Virus record (IMG/VR): IMGVR_UViG_3300029309_000027
Location: 1-61,638 of that record
DNA: 61,638 bases
Origin: a virus
Lineage: Duplodnaviria; Caudoviricetes
Reading direction: 5' to 3' (one strand)
Positions 28,799 through 38,098 of the stretch are shown here, in pieces (the stretch's first letter is position 1; each line of letters starts with the position of its first letter). Position numbers and translations under genes: made by a program. The notes under the pieces were generated by a model. That model was given only the letters and a program-made list of their open reading frames with translations. It did not search any database and was not told where the DNA came from.

Positions 28799-31700
28799 TG
28801 ATTGACAAGCTATTCCCGAGAGTACTGAACTCTTCCAAAGACAATAGACTGAGGCAGAGAACGGAGATGAATGACGCCCTGAACGTGGTGGCGACAGACG
28901 ATTTCAACGAAATACAAGATCAAAACGACGGGGGTAATAGCGGGGTTCTGAAGCCAGCCAAAGGCAATGTAGCTCAACCGATCAAGACGTTTGAGTTGGA
29001 TTCCATTTTCCCAACAGACCCCCAAACAGCTAGACGTGTTATCGGCCAGGTCAGCGACCCAAGGGCTGGGGTGGTGTACATGTTCGTCTTTTCGGAGAGG
29101 GCCACGGAGATGGGGGTGTATGCTTACGATGCATACGGGTTTTTCCCTGGGAATGACGAATCCTACCGTCCAATTTACACGACCAGTGAGTTTCAGTTTA
29201 GCTCCACAGGCAGGGTGAAGGGTGACGTGGTACACATCACAGGTCCCAACGATACCTTCCGCCCTATCCTCTACTTTACTGACGATGAAAACGAGCCAAG
29301 AAAACTAGACGTATTGCGTTGCGTAGACTCTTTGTCGTACAACCCTGACGGATCCTTTGGGTATGTTCAGAACAGTGTGGATGACAAGGACTTTATTACG
29401 GCCTGCCCCAAGGCCCCGATGCACCCCATTCAGTTCTCTTGGGATCCCGCCCCAGACGCTACTAGACCTACAAGTAACTTCAGGCGAATCCCTGGGATGC
29501 AGTTTGCTTTTCAGTGTGTCTACACCTCTGGTGATGTGTCGGCCCTGAGTACGTACTCTGACATCGCGGTCCCCCCACAATACGTGCAGCAAGGTTACAG
29601 CACTACGCAACTCAACCTGCCAAGCTACCTAGAGCTTGTCATACCGTCCAATGTACTTGGGGTATTCAACTTCACCCAGGAGGTAGAGAGAGTCAGGATC
29701 CTAGTTCGGCAGGGTAATATCGGGGGGTGGTACGAAATCGACGAGGTTGACGTAGCTGCAGACCCCGAACTGCCTGTCGTATACAATTTCTATAACGACA
29801 GAGTTCTCAAGGGGTTGACCGAAGAGGAGCAGAACAGAGACTTCGAAGCCCTCCCTAAGATCGCACAAGCTGTAGCTGTGGTGGAGAACAGACTGATGTA
29901 CGGTAACTACGTGGAGGGTTTTGATGAAGAGCCTTTTTCTGCTACTGTAGATGTCAACTATGTCGATAGACCGCAAGAGTTCATCAACGTCAATATCCAG
30001 GCCACACCAGTGGTAGTACCGCTTGGATTGAGCAACAACGACTTGAATGGAGACCAGACGCGACTACAGCAGCGGGTGGCTGGGGTGGCGCTTAATCTCA
30101 CTGAGGTTCCCAATAACTTACCCGTCAACAGCCTGATTACCGCTATTATCAGCTTTGATTTTGGTGGTAGCGTTGAGGTATACGATGCGACCAAATCTTT
30201 TCATGCCTCAGCCAGTATCGCTGACAACAGGGCTGCTACCAACGCTCAGTGCTTCGATACTGACAACAGCTACTTTACAGGAAACTTTTTTTCAGCTGGC
30301 GATGTGGTCGCTAGCGACAAACCTGTGCCTCTTGTAAGCTGTTCCCCAGGTGTCTCTGAGGGATTGCGTTGGCGATCTACAGCAGAGGCCGTTGATCTAG
30401 GGGCTACTCTTAATTCTGATTGTCGTGTCGGTGTGTCTGGCGTAGCGCCGCTGAGATTTAGGGGGCCAGACGGTGTAAATGAGCAGCTCACTTTCTCAGT
30501 GACTTTGAGGTCTACTCAAACAGTCAATGATGCTCAAAACGTAGTGCGCACAGCTTTGCTAAACGCCCTTGGGTTTGCGGAAGCCATAGGGCCTTTCGAG
30601 ATCATAGATATTTCTGACACGGCGTCATACAGTTTCAACCTGAACCTGAAAGACCCGACAGACAACTCCCTGTACAACGAGGCCATTGAAAACGGGACGC
30701 CAGATTCAGAGGACATTTTATCCCTGGGTAAGTTGACTCTGGGTACGCAAAACCAAAACCAAAGTCTTACCAACTCCATCGTTAGGAGCCCATCGCCTGA
30801 GTACGGTATTATACCAGCCCAGAACGCAGCCCACAGAGACGTCGCCAAACTGATCACTATGGTCGATCGGGATGACAACAACCCCGATAATCTCGTTGAC
30901 TCTTTCTTTAACAATCGAGGCCCCAGGGGTTGGGTGGTGGTAAACCAAGCCACCTTGAGTTTCAAGCTAAGGCCCCAGCGCGGTGTTTTTGAAGATGAGT
31001 TGGGGTCTTTGGTTTTTACTCTGGAATTGTCTGACGTTTCCAACGCAGATATCAGAACCTGCATCCCAGTATTGGACTCTCTAAGCTCTAAGTTTGGTGC
31101 TGACTATGGTGGAGGAGGGAGCATTTCGCAACCAGGTAGGTTTAAAGGCTGGAGGGTGTTCAGCGGTCAATACCTAAAAGAGAACAGTATTTTTGATTTG
31201 GGTACCGCAGACCCTAAGGATCTATCTGCGGTCTTTGCTGACCTCAGCTTAGGTGACAATCAGCCACTAGCCCTCTCTCAAAGAGCTTGCTATGCAGGGT
31301 ACATGGAAACCGTGGACACCCAAAACAATGCGAACCCCTCTATAATACCTGGGGGCAACCTGTACGTCACCAACCAGCAGAGACGTATTACGGATGGGGT
31401 ACCAGACAATGAGCCTTTTTCGGACGTTATTGGTGGGAGCCTTGTAGATGGTGAGATCCACCCTGCAATTTTCCAAGGTAGGTTCCGCGACGACATCGAA
31501 GAGGTCGGCGGTAACGGCACCCGATCGGGTTTTGTTTTTGGTGAAAACGTAAGCGGGTATACATCCCCAGAGATTGGTTGCTACGGAACCATGGCAACCC
31601 TGTTTAACTATGGGTTGTGGGGGACACAGTGGAACAGAGGTGAGCTTAGTGATAACGCAGCTTTCATTCTCGACGGTGAGGAGCCACTGAGTGGGCAGGT

Positions 31701-34700
31701 AAGTTTGTTCAATACTTTTGAACGTCTCGGCGGTGAGCTCTTGTTCAACGAGGGGGTGGGCAACATTAATACTTCCCCTTTCGGCGACACCCCAGTATAT
31801 CAGTTGACCGCCACCGATGTAAACGGTCCACAGCCAGAAACTGCCGCTGATGTTTTCATCAGTCAGCAGGAACTGACCTCTACGTTTAGGTCATTTAAGA
31901 CAAACGCTACTCACGCCCTAGGTGTGGTGTATTACGATGAACGTGGTAGACCAGGTAATGTCAACCCAATCGACCCAGTGTTTGTGGCTGGGTACTCTCC
32001 AGAGGAAAGAAACGGGGTTGGGGTTCAAGGTCGAGTGGAAATGGAGGTGACGATCAATAGCGACCCGCCTGAGTGGGCTCACTTCTATCAACTCGTGTAT
32101 GGGGGGAGTAGCACGGTCCAGAGCTTTATCCAGTATTCTGCTGGTGGGGCTTTTATTGCAACTAGTGGGGAGCAAGAGCAGGTCAGCAACATCTACGTCT
32201 CTCTCAACTACTTGCAGAACCACCCCACAGTGTCATACGCTGAGGCTTTTGGTGCCGTCCACCCTGACGGGACGAGTGATCTGTATGTGTTTACCCCTGG
32301 GGATTACCTTCGAGTAATCTCTTACTTTACCGATCCGATCACCCAAGAGTTCCCTCAGAACATGGTGTTCGAGATTGCTGGTCAAGTCACTCTAGGCAAT
32401 GACCCAGAGACCAACCCATTGTACGAGGGGTTAGATGGCGGTGGAGATGTCCCAGACAACCTACAAGGGCAGTTCCTGATCTTAAAAAACAACCAGTCCG
32501 CCACAGGTTTTGACTTCAACTCAGTGGCTGCTGCTGGTAATTTCCAACAGGCCACAACATCTCATTTTTGGAACAACAGATGCATCTTCGAGATCATCAC
32601 TCCAAGAAGGCAGGCAGACACAGAAGACCAAGTGTACAGAGAAACCTCGCAGGTGTATAATGTGGGGAGGGCGACAGCGCAGAACATCTACCATCAGGTC
32701 CCAGTAATCAACTTCGTAAACGGCGATGTGTGGTGGAGGGCTGTCCCAGTTAACACAAACGAGTTCACAGCCTCAGGCTTTGAGAACTTAATATCTGCGT
32801 CAGACGATGTTGACAACGACTTCATCAACAGGCCCAGGTTCCGCAATGTGTACTTGGAAACAAGAACTTTCAATGACACCTTCCCTGCTGCGGACGTCAA
32901 TGGCTTTGGTAAAATCAAGGTATACCGTGCTGATTCTGCTGAAGTGCGTAGGTTCTCTAGCGTCACGTTCAGTGACGAGAACAGGTACAGCGTACCTCGC
33001 ATCAGGTTTACGACCTTCAACCCCTCGTTAGCACCGTTCAAGGATTTGCCTAATGAACACGGTGCTATCAATGCGTTGCTGAACTATTCAGACTCCCTGT
33101 TCGTGGTCCAAGAAGACAAAGCTTCTATGGTCCCTGTAAACAGGCAAATTATTAGTGATGCCCTGGGCTCAAATACGCTGATCGCCACGGCCAAAGTTTT
33201 GGGGGATCAGAAGCTACTCCCTGGTCACGCAGGAGCGGACAATAACAGAGAAAGCGTAATCAAGGTTGACGACACAGTTTACTTCGCTCACAAGGGCAGG
33301 AACGAAGTGTATAGATACCTACCTGGAAAGGGCATCCAGGTCATCTCTGAGGCAGGCCTAAACGCCTACTTCGTTGACGCTTTTGAGGACATTGGGTTTG
33401 GTCCTCTAGCTCGCGTGGTGAGCGGCTACGATAGCTTAAAAGATGAGTACATCATCACTATCATGCTCGCCCAACCTCTTGTTGATCCAGCTATCAACGA
33501 GTATCGACAGCCAAACGTAAGCCAATTCGGTACAGCCGATGACGATGGTGCAGTCAACCCAGGCGGCACTGACGATGGTGTGGTAGACATTGACTTCAAT
33601 GGGGTCTATGAAGAGGCTATTACAGAGGAAATAGACAATATTATAGATATAGCAGGGACGGCGCCTGACGGCGTGGCCCCTACTGATGGGTTCCCACCCC
33701 CCAATGGAGGTGGAGTCAATGGTTCAGACTCTGGTATCCTGGACGTAGCGCTAGAAAACAAAGACAAGATCATAGAGGCTCTTGGTGGAGGGGTGTCTGG
33801 CTTCCCCAACCCGACCGACTCCACTGCCTACCCGATAATTGGGTCACCTACAGTTGACGCAGTTAACTCTATCTTCAATATTGGGGTCAATGTCGGTGCT
33901 GTGCTACCTACTGGGGTGATGAGCACTCTAGGTGATTTTAATATACTAAATGGCACCTTCGATTCTGCTTCAGGTGTTGCTACGTTTAGCGTGCCATTTG
34001 CAGAGGTATTTGCGGCAGGGGGTAACCCACAAGTTTACGCAGGTCAGCAATTGGGTAGGACGCCTACCGTAGCAATTACAGAGACTAACTACACCACATA
34101 CCTAGACGCAAATGAACAGCTAGTAGGAAATCTTTCTTTGATTGAGGCCTTATCTGTGCGCAGGTTCTATCTAGAGGATAAGGTTAAGCGAGTTATCGCT
34201 GGTGTCAAAAATGACAACGAGCAAAATATCGTAGATGCAGTGGCTTCTATGAAGAACGATCTTGATGCTATCACGGACAACTTGATCGAACTTGACTTAA
34301 ACAATGACCCGAACTTTGCGGTCTTGATCGACAGCATGAACGACGGTTACGATGCGCTGTCTGACCACGTCAACTTTGTGTTGGGGGCAGGAAATCCCTA
34401 CTTCATTACCCTGCAAAGTGGGGAGCAGCTGCCTGTGGTTGGATTCGGCAACTTTTCTGAAAGTGATTACCCGCTTACTGCAGTGGAGTTCAATGCATTG
34501 CAACAGATAAACACGCTTGTAGACGCTATAGCAGCCCCTGTCAACGCCTTGTCATCTAGCGGGATTGACATCAGCTCTACTTTGCAAAACTTGCTGAATG
34601 AAAACGCTTCTTTAAGAGGTAACGTAGACGTCCTGGCTGACCAGGTGCAGGCTTTAAGTGATGCCCCATCAAACTTTGGGGTGGGCAACTTTATCCCAGG

Positions 34701-35979
34701 GGTCAACTCTAATCAGCTCGAGAGTGTCACTATTAACAACCTGTCTGGGGATGGGGTTTTAAGTTTCAATGACGTCGTAAGGGACTTTGACCCCCTGCTT
34801 CAATTCCTAATTGATAATAATGCAGTAGTAGAGACGATTATTGACGAGGTCATAGTAGAGGTGGGTACACCCTTGACCAATGAACTAGCGGCTAGGCTGG
34901 TCATAGAGGTCATAGCTAACCTTGCCGAGCAACAAGGGTTTACCGATAGAGGTGATGCTACATCCCCCTCAGTCCAGAACCAAGCGTTTAATATGTCCAC
35001 CTTGAGGAATCTAGCAAACGAGACTTCTGCAGAAAACGCAATGCTAAGTTACCTTGCTGTCTTAGACCCCGCCAACATAACGGGAGGGGCTGGCGTTACT
35101 ATTCAAGATCTTCTTGGCGCCCTTGCGGAGTTTAACGAGCCAAGTGCAAGTGGGATCGGGGTAGTCAATTCCTTTCAGCCTTCTCAACCCTTCCAGTTTA
35201 CTGGAGAGGCAGTATTTATTCACCTTAATAACTACGTCAGTGCAACTTACCCTTTAGATGTGCTTATAGAATCTGCAGACCAGTTGTCTAGAGATTTTTT
35301 TGAGGATATACAAGCGCCCCAGGGTGAACAATACCCCTTGTTTTATATTTATGCAAGGGCCATACTTAAAAACTTACTTGAGGGTCGATTCGTAAACCCA
35401 ACCCTCCCAACAATATTTGATCCCGAGACGTTTACTGGTGGTCCCAGCTTTATGACTCCATACCCACCTAATCCAGACGACGATGTAGAAGATCTGAGTG
35501 CGTATTATGCAGGGTTTCTCGCTACGTTCGTTGACCCGAACGTACCCCCAGTAGAATTTGGGTGGGAAGACCCTCGCTTATCGAATGCAGGCACACTTGG
35601 TTCAACTCTAACAGTGGGGGAGATTAGCTACAACGGGCTTCCTGATGACATCCCCGCAATGCAGCGGTGGTTTAGCGCGGGAGGAGGGGTTTTTCGAGGA
35701 GTTTACAACACAGTAAGGCAGTTTTTTATAGAGGCGATACAAGAAGGCGCGACTACGCCCTCTTTTACTACGCCGCGATATGTAAACCCAGGAACAACAG
35801 CAAGAGTAGTAGAAAAAATAGCGCAAGTAAGAAGTGCATCATTAACTCAATACTTTAACAGCTTGGCTGCCCCTTCCCCGCTATCAAGGTTTGGAAACTC
35901 TCTTGACGCTGTTGCTATAACGCCAGAACAAAGAGACCAGGCTTTGGCAGATGCAGTTAATTATATAAACAACAGCTGA
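28798..35979 (+). CDS. Tail stabilisation/muzzle protein, N-terminal part with large C-terminal extension
   Basis: DALNV, LYFTDDENEPRKL, NRLMYGNYVEGFD, GVVYYDERGR, FKDLPNEHGAI, QEDK and GYDSLKDEY motifs. Confidence 0.8.
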   Translation: MIDKLFPRVLNSSKDNRLRQRTEMNDALNVVATDDFNEIQDQNDGGNSGVLKPAKGNVAQPIKTFELDSIFPTDPQTARRVIGQVSDPRAGVVYMFVFSERATEMGVYAYDAYGFFPGNDESYRPIYTTSEFQFSSTGRVKGDVVHITGPNDTFRPILYFTDDENEPRKLDVLRCVDSLSYNPDGSFGYVQNSVDDKDFITACPKAPMHPIQFSWDPAPDATRPTSNFRRIPGMQFAFQCVYTSGDVSALSTYSDIAVPPQYVQQGYSTTQLNLPSYLELVIPSNVLGVFNFTQEVERVRILVRQGNIGGWYEIDEVDVAADPELPVVYNFYNDRVLKGLTEEEQNRDFEALPKIAQAVAVVENRLMYGNYVEGFDEEPFSATVDVNYVDRPQEFINVNIQATPVVVPLGLSNNDLNGDQTRLQQRVAGVALNLTEVPNNLPVNSLITAIISFDFGGSVEVYDATKSFHASASIADNRAATNAQCFDTDNSYFTGNFFSAGDVVASDKPVPLVSCSPGVSEGLRWRSTAEAVDLGATLNSDCRVGVSGVAPLRFRGPDGVNEQLTFSVTLRSTQTVNDAQNVVRTALLNALGFAEAIGPFEIIDISDTASYSFNLNLKDPTDNSLYNEAIENGTPDSEDILSLGKLTLGTQNQNQSLTNSIVRSPSPEYGIIPAQNAAHRDVAKLITMVDRDDNNPDNLVDSFFNNRGPRGWVVVNQATLSFKLRPQRGVFEDELGSLVFTLELSDVSNADIRTCIPVLDSLSSKFGADYGGGGSISQPGRFKGWRVFSGQYLKENSIFDLGTADPKDLSAVFADLSLGDNQPLALSQRACYAGYMETVDTQNNANPSIIPGGNLYVTNQQRRITDGVPDNEPFSDVIGGSLVDGEIHPAIFQGRFRDDIEEVGGNGTRSGFVFGENVSGYTSPEIGCYGTMATLFNYGLWGTQWNRGELSDNAAFILDGEEPLSGQVSLFNTFERLGGELLFNEGVGNINTSPFGDTPVYQLTATDVNGPQPETAADVFISQQELTSTFRSFKTNATHALGVVYYDERGRPGNVNPIDPVFVAGYSPEERNGVGVQGRVEMEVTINSDPPEWAHFYQLVYGGSSTVQSFIQYSAGGAFIATSGEQEQVSNIYVSLNYLQNHPTVSYAEAFGAVHPDGTSDLYVFTPGDYLRVISYFTDPITQEFPQNMVFEIAGQVTLGNDPETNPLYEGLDGGGDVPDNLQGQFLILKNNQSATGFDFNSVAAAGNFQQATTSHFWNNRCIFEIITPRRQADTEDQVYRETSQVYNVGRATAQNIYHQVPVINFVNGDVWWRAVPVNTNEFTASGFENLISASDDVDNDFINRPRFRNVYLETRTFNDTFPAADVNGFGKIKVYRADSAEVRRFSSVTFSDENRYSVPRIRFTTFNPSLAPFKDLPNEHGAINALLNYSDSLFVVQEDKASMVPVNRQIISDALGSNTLIATAKVLGDQKLLPGHAGADNNRESVIKVDDTVYFAHKGRNEVYRYLPGKGIQVISEAGLNAYFVDAFEDIGFGPLARVVSGYDSLKDEYIITIMLAQPLVDPAINEYRQPNVSQFGTADDDGAVNPGGTDDGVVDIDFNGVYEEAITEEIDNIIDIAGTAPDGVAPTDGFPPPNGGGVNGSDSGILDVALENKDKIIEALGGGVSGFPNPTDSTAYPIIGSPTVDAVNSIFNIGVNVGAVLPTGVMSTLGDFNILNGTFDSASGVATFSVPFAEVFAAGGNPQVYAGQQLGRTPTVAITETNYTTYLDANEQLVGNLSLIEALSVRRFYLEDKVKRVIAGVKNDNEQNIVDAVASMKNDLDAITDNLIELDLNNDPNFAVLIDSMNDGYDALSDHVNFVLGAGNPYFITLQSGEQLPVVGFGNFSESDYPLTAVEFNALQQINTLVDAIAAPVNALSSSGIDISSTLQNLLNENASLRGNVDVLADQVQALSDAPSNFGVGNFIPGVNSNQLESVTINNLSGDGVLSFNDVVRDFDPLLQFLIDNNAVVETIIDEVIVEVGTPLTNELAARLVIEVIANLAEQQGFTDRGDATSPSVQNQAFNMSTLRNLANETSAENAMLSYLAVLDPANITGGAGVTIQDLLGALAEFNEPSASGIGVVNSFQPSQPFQFTGEAVFIHLNNYVSATYPLDVLIESADQLSRDFFEDIQAPQGEQYPLFYIYARAILKNLLEGRFVNPTLPTIFDPETFTGGPSFMTPYPPNPDDDVEDLSAYYAGFLATFVDPNVPPVEFGWEDPRLSNAGTLGSTLTVGEISYNGLPDDIPAMQRWFSAGGGVFRGVYNTVRQFFIEAIQEGATTPSFTTPRYVNPGTTARVVEKIAQVRSASLTQYFNSLAAPSPLSRFGNSLDAVAITPEQRDQALADAVNYINNS

Positions 35980-36938
35980 TGGCTACAGAAAAAACCGTGG
36001 CGTGGAGCCACAAGGGTGGATATTGGAAAACCAGGTACAGTTTCGCTAGCTATTGCTATGCTTTCATTGACAGGATCTTTTTGTCTTTCAATACTTTCTT
36101 TACCAACGCGCCTGTATGGAGGCACGACGACGACACAGTAACTAGAACTAGCTTCTATGGGAACGTCGGGGGGAGCGCCATTTCTGTCACGTTTAATGAA
36201 AACGTGAGTAGCAATAAGATCTACAAGGCGCTGTCTCTAGAGTCCACAAACAACGTCAATGGTATAACTGCCCTTACCATCAACAACAGTACTGTTGCTG
36301 ACCAGACAAAAAACATTACCGCTACGGTCCTTGAGGAGAAAGGTGGGATCATGTACGGGGGCGTCGGGTTTGACAACCGCCTTACAGGGGCTAACGTCAA
36401 GGCTGTAGGCAGTGTCTCAAACATGATTGGGGCGGCAGGGATAACTACCGTTTTTATTGATTTTATTGACGGGGGGAACAGCTACAACTTAACAGTAGAT
36501 AGCTCTACGAGGTACTTCTTTATGAATGTCGGTGAGGACGGGGTGTCAACATTCTTTGCCACTGATCTTGCCACCCCTATTGCGGTGCCAGATGAGTTCA
36601 ATACGACCTTTACGCCTTTTACTTTGGTAACAGAAGGGGAAGCTGAAGCAATCGGAGTAAACTACATGAACCTTGCTGGGGGCGTAGCTGTAATGCCTAC
36701 TACTGGTAATACTTACTTATATTCTGCTACCCCAGGGGAAACAAACGGGGAGGGGGCTCGAGGTCAGACAGCAGACGCAGTGATTACACTGGGGTCAAAT
36801 GAGTATGAGCTTTTTGCTGTTAACTTAGAATACGAGGAGACGGACTACGATCACAGAGACGAACGCTTTGCAAGGCGCAGCCAGAGCGGCACACAGCGCA
36901 ACAGGCAGGGTAGGCAGAGACAGAGGAGAAGGAGATAA
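35979..36938 (+). CDS. Separated C-terminal part of muzzle/stabilisation protein
   Basis: WKTRYSF, WRHD, FYG, FNENVSSNKIYKALSLES, EKGG, ELFAVN; Arg-rich tail. Confidence 0.65.
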   Translation: MATEKTVAWSHKGGYWKTRYSFASYCYAFIDRIFLSFNTFFTNAPVWRHDDDTVTRTSFYGNVGGSAISVTFNENVSSNKIYKALSLESTNNVNGITALTINNSTVADQTKNITATVLEEKGGIMYGGVGFDNRLTGANVKAVGSVSNMIGAAGITTVFIDFIDGGNSYNLTVDSSTRYFFMNVGEDGVSTFFATDLATPIAVPDEFNTTFTPFTLVTEGEAEAIGVNYMNLAGGVAVMPTTGNTYLYSATPGETNGEGARGQTADAVITLGSNEYELFAVNLEYEETDYDHRDERFARRSQSGTQRNRQGRQRQRRRR

Positions 36939-36951
36939 TTTTGTAATTTTG
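36936..36951 (+). promoter_or_regulatory. Tandem -7 boxes TAATTTTG-TAATTTTG before the ejection-protein operon
   Basis: Exact 8-nt duplication; second copy 7 nt before ATG 36959. Confidence 0.65.
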
Positions 36952-36958
36952 CATTAGA

Positions 36959-38098
36959 ATGTGGCAACTTATACCATTCGCGGTAGGACAAGCTGTAGCC
37001 TATGACCAGACTCGCAAGCTCGGCAAGGCTGGGGAGGAGCTGGCTATGGGGGCGGAGGCCGACATGGACCTGAGCCTGCAGAGGCTCGGTAATATCGCAG
37101 AGAACGTAGGTTTAAGCGACCAGAGCTACAAGCTCAGAGACACTTACTTCCAAGTGGCAGAAGAGCTGTCCAGGGCTGGGGTGGCAGACGCCGACGAGCT
37201 AGCACAATCTATTGTTGCTGGTATCGGGGACAGCAGAGAAGAGCTCGCTGCCCTGAGTAAGATCGGGGACCTAGCCAAAGGCAAGAGAGACGCCCGCATG
37301 GAGGGGGCTTTGATGAAGCTGCAAGGTGAGGCAGGGTTGACAAAGCGTGCGGAAGAGCTCGAGGACACCAAGCGTGGTCTGGAGTTCAACATCGCAGACA
37401 CCAGGGAGATGGATATGGCTCGGATCAACACTGGTCTAGACGCTAAGTTCGGTGCTCAGGCAGCTATTGCAGAGCAGGCTGCTGCTGCAGGCAACACGAT
37501 CAGCAGTTCTCTGATCGCGGCCTCTGGCACACCTGACCAACGCGCTGCAGCTAGAACACAGAGGCAGGCAAACAGGGCTTCGCAACGTCAATTTGAGGAC
37601 GCTATTAACCCTGCTGCTGCAGACCAGCGCCCTGGCATGTTTATAAACCCACCCACAGAGGGGCGCACTGCCATTGAGGGTCTACAACCAGGCGAACAGG
37701 TAGATCTTGGTAGGGCATTGGAACAAAACAGATCGGAGAGAGGCTTCTTTCTACCTGAGGATGACAACTATAACTTCTTTCCCGAAGAGGGCAGGGACTA
37801 CGTTGACTTTCCTAATCAATCTGGATTAGCCATTGGTCAGTTTTATCGTAACGAGCAGGGCGGATACATCGGAGAGCAGGGGGGTGTGACTGAAGGGGAG
37901 TTCAGCCATGACACCAACAAGAAAGCTGTGATCGATGAGGAGTCTGGTGAGAAAGAGGGGGAGCTGACTGGGGGTGAGGTTGTCTTCAACCCTGAGCAGA
38001 CAGATAACATCGAGGGTCTAGTAGAGAATCGCGATGCTGAGGGCTTGCTGAAGTACATGACGATGCTGTTCTCCTTGCCGCAATTCCAAGAAGCGTGA
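36959..38098 (+). CDS. Internal virion/ejection protein 1 with C-terminal GEFSH...ELTGGE domain
   Basis: Ala/Gln-rich helical body; first of three genes of increasing size after the tail. Confidence 0.6.
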   Translation: MWQLIPFAVGQAVAYDQTRKLGKAGEELAMGAEADMDLSLQRLGNIAENVGLSDQSYKLRDTYFQVAEELSRAGVADADELAQSIVAGIGDSREELAALSKIGDLAKGKRDARMEGALMKLQGEAGLTKRAEELEDTKRGLEFNIADTREMDMARINTGLDAKFGAQAAIAEQAAAAGNTISSSLIAASGTPDQRAAARTQRQANRASQRQFEDAINPAAADQRPGMFINPPTEGRTAIEGLQPGEQVDLGRALEQNRSERGFFLPEDDNYNFFPEEGRDYVDFPNQSGLAIGQFYRNEQGGYIGEQGGVTEGEFSHDTNKKAVIDEESGEKEGELTGGEVVFNPEQTDNIEGLVENRDAEGLLKYMTMLFSLPQFQEA

